Below are positions 1 to 7,605 of a DNA stretch of 32,000 nucleotides, piece by piece. Location: the NCBI RefSeq assembly GCF_017876815.1, contig NZ_JAGIOS010000003.1:1380001-1412000 (forward strand), given 5' to 3'. Made by a program: the position numbers and the translations under genes. Under the pieces are notes generated by a model, which was not told where the DNA came from, ran no database searches, and was given only the letters and a program-made list of their open reading frames with translations. The stretch's first letter is position 1; each line of letters opens with the position of its first letter. Origin of the DNA: Sinorhizobium meliloti. GTDB lineage: Bacteria; Pseudomonadota; Alphaproteobacteria; Rhizobiales; Rhizobiaceae.

Positions 1-2
1 GC

Positions 3-170
3 CTAGGAACCGCAGCCGCAGTCGATAAGGAGGTCGAAGCCGTAGCAGAGGATGACGTCAGATTCGACCGGCGAAGGGAGCCGCCCGAGCGCCCGCTTCA
101 GCATCCCGAAATCGGAGCGGCCCTTGTCGTCGAGAACAGCCGCCTCGCCATCCATACACGACGTCGACCA
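3..170 (-). pseudogene. ATP-dependent DNA ligase (LigD-like) internal fragment
   Basis: The minus-strand translation is MDGEAAVLDDKGRSDFGMLKRALG...VILCYGFDLL. It resembles the DGE..V.D..GRSDF..L and FDLL blocks of bacterial ATP-dependent ligase adenylation domains. Only about 50 codons remain, ending at a stop at 3-5, with no flanking remainder of the gene. Confidence 0.4.
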
Positions 171-715
171 ACTGCAGCGCTCCTTCTAAGTTGTGCTAGG
201 GAGCGCTGCCTTTCCAGCAGTGCAAATATGGAGCCTTACGCCGGCTCATCAATGGCGAAGGTCTTAGCTTCCCGCCGAGCGAAACCTTTTGAATAATCCG
301 GAGTTGTCAGTCCGGGCGGCACTCGTCAGCCGCTCGGTGAATGATGCCCTCAGAGCTGCACAAGCAGTCCCTTCTACGCAGCTTTGAGGCGCCACCACCT
401 GTAAGCTAGGAACGAATAATGCAGGACCGACAAAATCACGAGCTACCGGAACAAAGTGCATTGACCGACGAGAATACCGTATCAGCCCAAGAGACAACTC
501 TTGCGATGCGTCGGAAGTCTGTGGGCACCGCGGAGCCGATCCCGGTCGCCTGGGGCTGCGGTATATCTCGGCAGAAGATGGTTGTCGCTTCGCTAGAAGC
601 CAACCGCATCAGCGGCAGGGAAGGCAGCGCCGCATGTGCGCGCCATCGCGTTGATCGGCGCTTATCGGGAGCGCTCTCGAGAGAGCTTCTGCGGTCACAG
701 ATGGCTATAAAACTG

Positions 716-754
716 AAAAAGGCCCTCCCGCCGGTCTGGCAAGAGAGGCCTTTT
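716..754. terminator. possible bidirectional intrinsic-terminator-like hairpin
   Basis: AAAAA-GGCCCTC...GAGAGGCC-TTTT forms an imperfect GC-rich stem (one bulge) flanked by an A-run and a T-run. There is no convincing gene on either side. Confidence 0.3.
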
Positions 755-1385
755 GCCCGATCGTTCGAGTTCACAGGCAGGAGTATATCTCGCGTTTTCG
801 GAGCGCAAATGCAAGCACCGCGTACAGATGAGGCGCGCTCGACCTGCCCCGATCAGCGGTATTCCTGAGGTCATCTGGGCATCGAGTAAATCGGATTCGT
901 CCGTGTGCCCCGCGTCAGTTCCACTATCTTCCATGGCAGGCCTCTTCGCAGCATCCAAGCCGGGCGATCCAGCTCATCTGTCTTTATCACAAGCACCAAC
1001 CACGACTATTATGGCTCGGGAAACTCTTCCCGTCGGTTCGAACTCATGTCCGAGCAACGATCTTTGTTGCGGAGCGTTTCGTTTTCAGGGGTTCACCGAA
1101 GGAGGAGAGCGATGCTTCCTGCCGAGCGCGTCAAGATAATAGACGGGCTGCAGCTCTCGCAGCAGTCGTTTTCGTAGCGGCCTTCATTGCCGCGTTACTG
1201 TCTTGATGGCTCGATTTTCAAATGATGCCGGAGAATCCTGATTCAGGCTGATCGTCGGGCTCGGCCAATGTCGGTCTGGGTTCGATCGGCCTAGACGATA
1301 GGGCTTTGAGGTCCTCGGCGAGGCCGGCAAGCTGTGCCGCAACGTCCAAAAGATTCGAAACGGCGCTATGTGCCGCGATCTCTAA

Positions 1386-2318
1386 GAGTCGGACTCGAAA
1401 AGGTTTCAACGATATCCATATCTTGCAAGGCGTCTGGTGAGCATGCGGATGTGAGCGATGGTGATCCACGCTTCTGCTGAAGCGACGGATTTTTCGAAGT
1501 CCTTGGCCAGTCTGCGGCATCGACCCAGCCAGGCGAAGGTCCGCTCGACGACCCAGCGGCGCGGCAGGATTTCAAAACCCTTGGCCTTGTCGGAACGTTT
1601 GATGATTTCGAGTGTCCATTTCCCGATTTTCTGCAGCCGCTTTTTGAGCTTGTCGCCCGCATAGCCGCCATCAGCGAAGACATGAAGCAACCACGGCCAC
1701 CGGTTTTTGATGGATTTCAGGAGATCGGGAGCGCCGTCGCGATCCTGAATATCGGCGCTGTGCACCATGAGGCCGACCATCAGCCCGAGCGTGTCGACAA
1801 TGATGTGGCGCTTGCGGCCCTTAATCTTCTTGCCTGCATCAAAGCCACGGATACCGCCGCTTTCCGTCGTTTTAACGCTTTGGCTGTCGATCGCGCCCGC
1901 TGTCGGCGAGGCTTCTTTCCCCTCCAATTCCCGCGCCTCCATGACGAGGTGATGGTTGATCCGTGGCCAAAGACCCATTGCCCGCCATTCATAGAAATAT
2001 CGCTGCACCGTCGAACAGGGCGGAAAGTCCTTCGGCAGCATCCGCCACTGGCAGCCTGTCGAAGCGATATAGAGAAGGGCGTTTAAAACATCGCGCAAAT
2101 CAGTCTTGCGCGGACGACCCAGACGCCGTGGCGCAGGCATGAACGGTGCAACAAAATCCCATTCGCGATCCGTGACATCGCTTGCATATCCGCTCGTCCG
2201 CCGGACATAATTGCGCCGGGTGGTTTCAGTCCAGGCCATCGTGATCTCCATCGAATCTTTGCAAATCCGACGGAATCACAACTGGCTGAAATCACTCAAT
2301 TCTTTTTGAGGCAGCCTC
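1386..2318 (-). mobile_element. IS5-family insertion sequence (single-ORF DDE transposase)
   Basis: The imperfect 23-bp terminal inverted repeats are GAGTCGGACTCGAAAAGGTTTCA (1386-1408) and the reverse complement of 2296-2318 (GAGGCTGCCTCAAAAAGAATTGA), matching 16/23 by eye. They are flanked by direct TAA at 1383-1385 and 2319-2321. The element is 933 bp and encloses one transposase ORF. Confidence 0.8.
1406..2239 (-). CDS. IS5-family DDE transposase
   Basis: The 277-281 aa product is MAWTETTRRNYVRR..YASDVTDREWDFVAPFMP...LLYIASTGCQWRMLPKDFPP..TVQRYFYEW...IVDTLGL...FADGGYAG...RRWVVERTFAWL..CRRLAKDFE, which is typical of the IS5 family. An alternative ATG lies 4 codons upstream at 2251. Confidence 0.9.
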   Translation of the reverse strand: MAWTETTRRNYVRRTSGYASDVTDREWDFVAPFMPAPRRLGRPRKTDLRDVLNALLYIASTGCQWRMLPKDFPPCSTVQRYFYEWRAMGLWPRINHHLVMEARELEGKEASPTAGAIDSQSVKTTESGGIRGFDAGKKIKGRKRHIIVDTLGLMVGLMVHSADIQDRDGAPDLLKSIKNRWPWLLHVFADGGYAGDKLKKRLQKIGKWTLEIIKRSDKAKGFEILPRRWVVERTFAWLGRCRRLAKDFEKSVASAEAWITIAHIRMLTRRLARYGYR

Positions 2319-2523
2319 TAAGAGGTCAGAAGCCGGCTCTATTCGGCCGGCGCTTTTTGGTTCGCTATCGTCCATTTCCAAGTCCCCATTTCCATTGATG
2401 TGGATCAATGGCGCGGCCCGTCAAGGGCCCGCGGGCCGATGACGAGCCTCCCGGGCGCCTGCGAGGGGGGTCAAAGCGACCAACGTCAGTCTAAACCCGA
2501 ACGCTGCCCCCCGCCATGCACCA

Positions 2524-3525
2524 GTGTGTGTGGCTAGCCGCAAGCTTCCCCAACGACAATCAGGAGAAACGAATGAGCGCCATCACCGCTCAGCACGTTC
2601 GCGCTGCCGCGAGAGCTATCTCGCGTCCGTGCTTGTGGCGCTGGACAGATACGGCGACCGGTTCGGCATGGATCGGCCGCACCGGCTCGCCCAGTATTTC
2701 GCCCAGCTCATGCATGAGAGCGGAGACTTCCGCTACGATCGCGAGATCTGGGGTCCGACGCCGGCGCAGCAGCGCTACGACACGCGCACCGATCTCGGCA
2801 ACACGCCTGAGAATGACGGAGACGGCTTTCGCTACCGCGGCTGCACCGGCATGCAGCTCACCGGGAAGGACAACTATCGCCAGTTCCGCAACTGGTGCCG
2901 CGCGGCTGGCCTCAGCTGCCCGGACTTCGTCAAGGATCCGGATGCGGTCAACACCGATCCTTGGGAAGGCCTGGTGCCTCTGTTCTACTGGGACACCCGG
3001 GATCTGAACCGCTGGGCCGACGAAGGGGACTGTGAGACCGTTACGAGAAAGATCAACGGCGGAAAGAACGGCCTCTCCGATCGCTTCGACCGGCTTGCGC
3101 GGATTTCGCTCGTGCTCCTCGGCTACCGCGCCGATAACGTCCTTCAGTTCCAGGCTGACCAGCGCCTGCAGGTGGACGGCGATGTCGGACCGAAAACCCG
3201 TGCTGCGATGCATACGGCGCTTGTAGCTCTCACCCCGGGCGAAGCGGCACGGCCGGAGGTCAAAGCCGCGCCGGTGACCGAGGAGAAGCCGGTCCCGGTT
3301 CCTGTAACACCGCCGAGCCTCGATGCGCCGTGGTGGAAGTCGAAAGAGGTGATCACGCCCTCTGTCATCGGCGGCGGCGCTTCGCTGGTCACGGCGATCG
3401 GCGGCATACCTTGGCAGAACCTTCTCCTGATCCTCGTCGCCTTCGGCGGCATTGCCGGCTTCCTCTACTGGCGCAAGAACGCTGATCGGAAGGCCGTGGC
3501 GAAACAGGTCGAGGGGATGGCGTGA
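2524..3525 (+). CDS. GH19 (chitinase-like) peptidoglycan hydrolase / endolysin with PG-binding repeat and C-terminal membrane anchor; N-terminus probably frameshifted
   Basis: LAQYFAQLMHESGDFRYDREIWGPTPAQQRYDTRTDLGNTPENDGDGFRYRGCTGMQLTGKDNY matches the phage-type GH19 core. LQVDGDVGPKTRAAM is PG_binding_1-like. The last ~45 aa are hydrophobic (VIGGGASLVTAIGG..LLLILVAFGGIAGFLYW). The only good SD (AGGAGA, 2563-2568) serves the ATG at 2573 in a different frame (MSAITAQHVRAAA...), implying a 1-nt indel near 2600. Confidence 0.8.
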   Translation: MCVASRKLPQRQSGETNERHHRSARSRCRESYLASVLVALDRYGDRFGMDRPHRLAQYFAQLMHESGDFRYDREIWGPTPAQQRYDTRTDLGNTPENDGDGFRYRGCTGMQLTGKDNYRQFRNWCRAAGLSCPDFVKDPDAVNTDPWEGLVPLFYWDTRDLNRWADEGDCETVTRKINGGKNGLSDRFDRLARISLVLLGYRADNVLQFQADQRLQVDGDVGPKTRAAMHTALVALTPGEAARPEVKAAPVTEEKPVPVPVTPPSLDAPWWKSKEVITPSVIGGGASLVTAIGGIPWQNLLLILVAFGGIAGFLYWRKNADRKAVAKQVEGMA

Positions 3526-3761
3526 TGTTCTCCACGCCTCGCCTCATCGCGGCTGCGGCCGCTCTCGCCATCGTTGTCGCCGTCGTTGCTTGGATCTACC
3601 GGCATGGCGACGATGACGTCAGAACCTCCATCGAAAGGCAGAACAATGAAGCTGGCCGCACTGCGGACGATGTCCGTACTCGCTTTGACCTTTGCCCTGC
3701 AGGGATGTGGGACTTCGCCGCCGGCAAGTGCCGACGGTCTCCGCCGGGTGGTGCGCACTGA
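3525..3761 (+). CDS. i-spanin (Rz-like) candidate, N-terminal TM protein
   Basis: The ATG overlaps the endolysin stop (GTGATG). There is an N-terminal TM segment (LIAAAAALAIVVAVVAWIY) and a charged remainder. The gene sits between the endolysin and holin and contains the start of a lipoprotein gene in the +1 frame. Confidence 0.5.
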   Translation: MFSTPRLIAAAAALAIVVAVVAWIYRHGDDDVRTSIERQNNEAGRTADDVRTRFDLCPAGMWDFAAGKCRRSPPGGAH

Positions 3762-3885
3762 TCTGATCGGCGCGCGCGGTGCGACGCCGGAGGATCAGCG
3801 CAAGATCGACCGGACCGTCGTCGGCATCTGCGCGGCGGCGATTTGGACGAAAGCGGAATGCGCTAGACACGGGGAAGGGCGCTGA
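3646..3885 (+). CDS. o-spanin (Rz1-like) candidate, lipoprotein
   Basis: The ATG at 3646 follows GAAAGG. MKLAALRTMSVLALTFALQG|C is a signal peptide plus a lipobox-like LQGC, followed by TSPPAS. The gene starts inside the previous ORF in another frame and ends 1 nt before the next ATG (TGAATG). Confidence 0.55.
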   Translation: MKLAALRTMSVLALTFALQGCGTSPPASADGLRRVVRTDLIGARGATPEDQRKIDRTVVGICAAAIWTKAECARHGEGR

Positions 3886-4339
3886 ATGTCGCAGAAATAT
3901 TCGTCTCTGATCGAGCTGCTCAATGCCTGGTTCGGCGGCGCGGCGACGACGATGATCGGCGCGATGGTCGGCCGGCTGATGTGGCACACGAACGAAGTCC
4001 GGAAGATGCGCCGGAAGTTCTTCGGAAAGGAGCTGCTCTGGGAAATGCCGATCGCCGTCGGCATGGCCTTCATCGGCGAGGTTTTTGGCGTCGTGGTTGG
4101 CGCTGGAGCAACCGATGGCAACGGGACTCATTGCTGCGCTCGCCTATCTCGGGCCGCGCGGGTCCGAGGTGCTGTTCATGCGGTGGTTTGCGGCGAAACT
4201 CGACAGGCAAAGGCTGAGCGGCCTGAACGCGCTATTGCCTGCGGCCTCAGCCATGGGGCCTTTTTGTGCGCGGCTTAGCCATTCCATATCCTGGGCCAAG
4301 CTGTGGACAGGCGCTTCTTTGGCCGGCGGGGCCGATTAA
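3886..4339 (+). pseudogene. phage holin-like membrane protein, apparently frameshifted near 4090-4110
   Basis: Frame 1 (3886-) gives two TM helices (WFGGAATTMIGAMVGRLMW; LLWEMPIAVGMAFIGEVFGVVVG) and then Arg/Ala-rich junk. Frame 2 (4085-4339) continues plausibly (..ATGLIAALAYLGPRGSEVLFMRWFAAKLDRQ). It is the last, translationally coupled gene of the lysis cassette. Confidence 0.45.
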
Positions 4340-4796
4340 GAAGCGGGAAGAACGCAACCCAGAGATACAAAAAAAGGAAGCTGAACAGCCCTGTCGCTGC
4401 ATTCTTCTTCAGGTCGGTTTCGCTCCAATTGAGCGCCAGCATTCTACCGATGATGAGAGCGCCAGCGACATACGTCCCGTAGTAGAACATCGCTATCCTC
4501 TCCTTAGATTTGCGGATCCAGGCCTCATAGAGGCGAGTTTCCCCGCCCTGTCGCTCCTCGAGCCACTCAGCCTCGCTGCCGAAGAGGGTATTGTCGTTTT
4601 TCACACAATAGATGGCGACCTCTTCAGGTGTCGGGAGAACGATAAACATGGGCTTGTAGAGTTTACGGCGTACCCGCCCGGGGATGCTGATCGCATACAT
4701 GACGCCCTTGCCCAAAAGCGCCAGTAGGTAAAGGATTGTTATGATTGCTGTTGCGGCCGCCGATAGATCGGCCAGTGTCTTCAGAACGTCACTCAT
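4275..4796 (-). CDS. hypothetical membrane protein (3 predicted TM segments)
   Basis: The 173-aa ORF has hydrophobic stretches AAATAIITILYLLALLG, FYYGTYVAGALIIGRMLAL and LFSFLFLYLWVAFFPLL. Its G+C is lower than that of its neighbours. I recognise no family. Confidence 0.55.
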   Translation of the reverse strand: MSDVLKTLADLSAAATAIITILYLLALLGKGVMYAISIPGRVRRKLYKPMFIVLPTPEEVAIYCVKNDNTLFGSEAEWLEERQGGETRLYEAWIRKSKERIAMFYYGTYVAGALIIGRMLALNWSETDLKKNAATGLFSFLFLYLWVAFFPLLNRPRRPKKRLSTAWPRIWNG

Positions 4797-4811
4797 TGCG
4801 CCCCGCGCTAA

Positions 4812-5132
4812 CTATTCCTGGTGCAACCTAGTTGCGCAGGCCGAGTTGATCAACCAGTTCTCGATTTTGTCCTCGGATGGTTGCGACAACTCAGGCTGGC
4901 TGGAGCGCTCTCTTCCGAGGCGTTCGGCTGCCATCTCCGTCGTCATCATCTTCATCAGGTCACTACCCTTGCCAGTCGTCGCCAAGCACTGCCTTTGCCT
5001 AGCTACCGTCGAGACGCGCGATGAGCATCTGAGCAGCTCGTGCTCTGAAATGCCGCTCTCCGGCGGAAGGTATACGGCGATGTCCTTCTGGCAATCCCAG
5101 ATCAGCTGCTTCAACTTCTCTTTGTCGGCCAT
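4812..5132 (-). CDS. hypothetical protein
   Basis: The 106-aa ORF has a strong SD (GAGGAGG) 7 nt upstream of the ATG at 5132. It lies 15 nt upstream of the membrane-protein gene on the same strand. I recognise no family. Confidence 0.55.
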   Translation of the reverse strand: MADKEKLKQLIWDCQKDIAVYLPPESGISEHELLRCSSRVSTVARQRQCLATTGKGSDLMKMMTTEMAAERLGRERSSQPELSQPSEDKIENWLINSACATRLHQE

Positions 5133-5211
5133 AATCCGCCTCCTCGGCAGGTGAACACGTCACCAGGCATGAGGTTCCCACCCTTGTCGGCAGCCGGTCG
5201 GCTCCTATCCT

Positions 5212-5397
5212 TCATGGTTGCTCGTGCAGGCCCCGATAGGCTGCTGTGCGAATGGCATTGTTGAAGATCCGCATTGACTCGCGCAAATTGTCGGCGGCTT
5301 CACGTTGTTCTTCTGTAACTGTTACTGTCATAGCTCGCTTATTCCGCGCGTCGCTCGCGCGGTCAATGGCGCCTGGGTGGTCAGTCCGGTTTTCCAA
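5212..5397 (-). CDS. small hypothetical ORF (TTG start; an internal ATG would give 39 aa)
   Basis: The only support is an open frame upstream of and on the same strand as 4812-5132. The SD is weak. Confidence 0.2.
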   Translation of the reverse strand: MENRTDHPGAIDRASDARNKRAMTVTVTEEQREAADNLRESMRIFNNAIRTAAYRGLHEQP

Positions 5398-5675
5398 TCG
5401 GGCCGATGCTTAAAGCAGAACCGAGACGGCTCCGACCGACCGACGGCGGAGCCGAAGCTCTGGTGCAGCCCCGGTGCTCACAGTAGTGGACATAGGGGCC
5501 GGTCTCGAAATGGGGCTTGGCGCTGTGTTCATTACTCGGCCTGGCGAGACCGATCCGGTGGGGACGCGGTCGAGCAACGCCATGTCGGTAGTCGTTAGTT
5601 CCGCCATCGATCTGCTCGCGAAATTTCTTTCGCTAGCAATTTGGCGCGACACCGGACCGGTATGCAATCACGGAA

Positions 5676-5700
5676 GCGGGAATCCCGCGTTTTTCGTTTT
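5676..5700 (+). terminator. rho-independent terminator (plus strand)
   Basis: GCGGG-AAT-CCCGC is followed by GTTTTTCGTTTTG. No credible plus-strand CDS ends upstream of it. Confidence 0.55.
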
Positions 5701-5717
5701 GCGCTACGATGTTAGTA

Positions 5718-5756
5718 GCCCGTCTTGCGGCAAATGTACATTGCCGCAAGACGGGC
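5718..5756 (-). terminator. large perfect hairpin downstream of cspA (probable terminator or stabiliser)
   Basis: GCCCGTCTTGCGGCAA-atgtaca-TTGCCGCAAGACGGGC is a 16-bp perfect stem lying 16 nt after the cspA stop. No U-tract follows it. Confidence 0.55.
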
Positions 5757-5771
5757 CGGGGCGACCCTGCT

Positions 5772-5975
5772 TCAAAGAATGCTGACGTTCTCGGCTTTCG
5801 ACTTGCCGGTCTTGCGGTCTTGTCCCAGCTCGTAGCTGACCTTCTGGCCATCCTGAAGAGAACCGCCAAAACCGAGCGCCGAGATGTGAACGAATACGTC
5901 TGGGCCGCCACTGTCAGGGGTAATGAAGCCAAAGCCCTTGTCTTGGGCGAAGAATTTTACGGTGCCAGTTGCCAT
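5772..5975 (-). CDS. cspA: cold-shock protein, CspA family
   Basis: [34 protein letters not shown]... carries the RNP1/RNP2 motifs KGFGFI and VFVH. The product is 67 aa, with SD GAGGA upstream of the ATG at 5975. Confidence 0.95.
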   Translation of the reverse strand: MATGTVKFFAQDKGFGFITPDSGGPDVFVHISALGFGGSLQDGQKVSYELGQDRKTGKSKAENVSIL

Positions 5976-6461
5976 CTTGTCCTCGTTGGTTGCTGAGCAT
6001 CCCTCGCAATACCGGTCAATGCCCGGGACGGCAAGAGGTCTCAAGGCGAGCAAATCCTTCGATGACTTTTAGCTAAGCTAGGTATTTTGCTCGAATGCCT
6101 GTTCCCCAATTCGGATGGCAGGAGGCGCCGACGTGCTTCAATGGCTCGAAATGGTATCGGCGTGAAGTTTTCCTTTTGTTAGGGATATTTGGCCAGAACA
6201 TCAGAGGAGCGGCATGATGCCGTTCGGAGGCGCTGATGGGCTACGATTGGACCGGCAAGCAAACGCGCCGGCGGAAGATACTGCGCGGATGCGCGATCAT
6301 CGTGTTTGCAAGCACGGCGTCCGCTTTCCTGGCAGCTGCGCTTCTACACTGATGGCGTGCACGCGAGGCCCCATGGGTGGCGGCCGCCAAATCGGCGGCC
6401 TCCAGGCTCGACTTGTGACCCTCTTTCTGATCCATTGCTCGGACGCAAGGACGGAGAACTC

Positions 6462-7055
6462 ATGAAACTTCTGCAGCGTGAACTTCGACGCGACGTTTTG
6501 TGTGGGTTCTATAATCGGTTCTCCGGCAAAGACATTTCTTTGATTACGCAGCACCCTAGCTGGTGCGCCGCAATGAAAAAAGCGGATCGCTACCTCGCGA
6601 GACTTGCGCCCCATGCGAGCTCACTGATGAAAGGTGGTGCCGCCCATCAGATCGGAGCAATCTGTTACCGGACCAACGAAACGGGCGCCGTTGAAGTCTT
6701 GTTGATCACAACCCGCGATTCTGGGCGGTGGACGATTCCGAAAGGTTGGCCCATTAAGAACCTGAAGCCACATCAGGCGGCAGAAAGAGAAGCGTGGGAG
6801 GAGGCTGGCGTAGCCGGAAAAGCGAAGAAGCGAGCTCTGGGCTATTTCACGTATCTAAAAACTCTCGGCGACGGACAAACAACGCCATCGGTCGTTGAGG
6901 TGTTCAGACTGAAGGTGGACGAACTGCACCTCGAGTTCCCGGAACGAGGAGAGAGGGAGGTGGCGTGGCTGTCTCCAGTCGAGGCCGCCAGGCGTGTGCA
7001 GGAGCCGGAACTGAAAGGGTTACTGATGCGCATGCTCAAACAAGCGCTTCGATAG
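6462..7055 (+). CDS. NUDIX hydrolase
   Basis: The NUDIX box is GWPIKNLKPHQAAEREAWEEAGV (G-x5-E-x7-REAWEEAG). The ATG at 6462 is preceded by AAGGACGGAG. The longer ORF from 6306 and the ATG at 6573 are alternative starts. Confidence 0.85.
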   Translation: MKLLQRELRRDVLCGFYNRFSGKDISLITQHPSWCAAMKKADRYLARLAPHASSLMKGGAAHQIGAICYRTNETGAVEVLLITTRDSGRWTIPKGWPIKNLKPHQAAEREAWEEAGVAGKAKKRALGYFTYLKTLGDGQTTPSVVEVFRLKVDELHLEFPERGEREVAWLSPVEAARRVQEPELKGLLMRMLKQALR

Positions 7056-7605
7056 ATTTCCCGCCACTAGAAATCTGCTTCCGCAAAGCTCCTTGCTATC
7101 GTTTACCGGCAAGGCGTCAGGCGATCGAGCTCAGGCGGCCCGGTGGTTCGGAATTTTAGCGCCGCTCATCCGTTTCGTTCGAATACCATTTTACAAAGCG
7201 CCCGACTAAGTTACAGAGGGCCTCCCGGTCGGGAACGGGTGCGATGGTTGTGAAATGCTGCTGTCGGACGGGTCGGACGGCAATCTTAGGCCCGTCGCTG
7301 GTATGCGCCGCAAGCGCGCCAGCCGCCCGGTTTAGGCGACCGAGTCTTGCGCTTTGACGGCAAGTTTTTTTTACTCGGATGAATCAGTCTCTCTGAGCGC
7401 TGGCTATGCGGACCGCCTTGCTCAGATCTGCAATCGCAGTCGCCGAATGGCGGTAGAAACCGAGCTTGAGCTTCGACAAAGCCGTCATGGCGTTGATCGA
7501 GCGCGCCGACTAAGCGCGCGAGAGCGGATGCATGCGGTTCGCGAAAGCTTTGCACCTGCCGCGTGCTCAGCGCGGGGACATGTGCCGCCGGTTGGCACCG
7601 CCGCA

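Noticed and set aside
264-1177. Several 77-149-aa ORFs on both strands
   Set aside because: They overlap one another and have no SDs or family resemblance. One reads straight through the terminator-like hairpin at 716-754. The region is treated as non-coding or decayed.
2516-3007. 163-aa plus-strand ORF in an alternative frame of the endolysin gene
   Set aside because: Only its MSAITAQHVRAAA segment (from the ATG at 2573) looks genuine, as the original endolysin N-terminus. The remainder is out-of-frame read-through of the GH19 gene.
7155-7185. TTCGAAT (T-loop-like) sequence suggesting a tRNA 3' half
   Set aside because: The flanking bases cannot form a T-stem or acceptor stem, and no cloverleaf can be drawn.
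7286-7605. 3' third of the 370-aa ORF 7286-8398
   Set aside because: After the AGCS core, the frame continues into Arg/Pro-rich sequence unrelated to symporters. The true C-terminus is in the frame of 7606-7938. I could not assign 7286-7605 to any family; a faint AraC-like LSTRQ.Q.F hint was not convincing.
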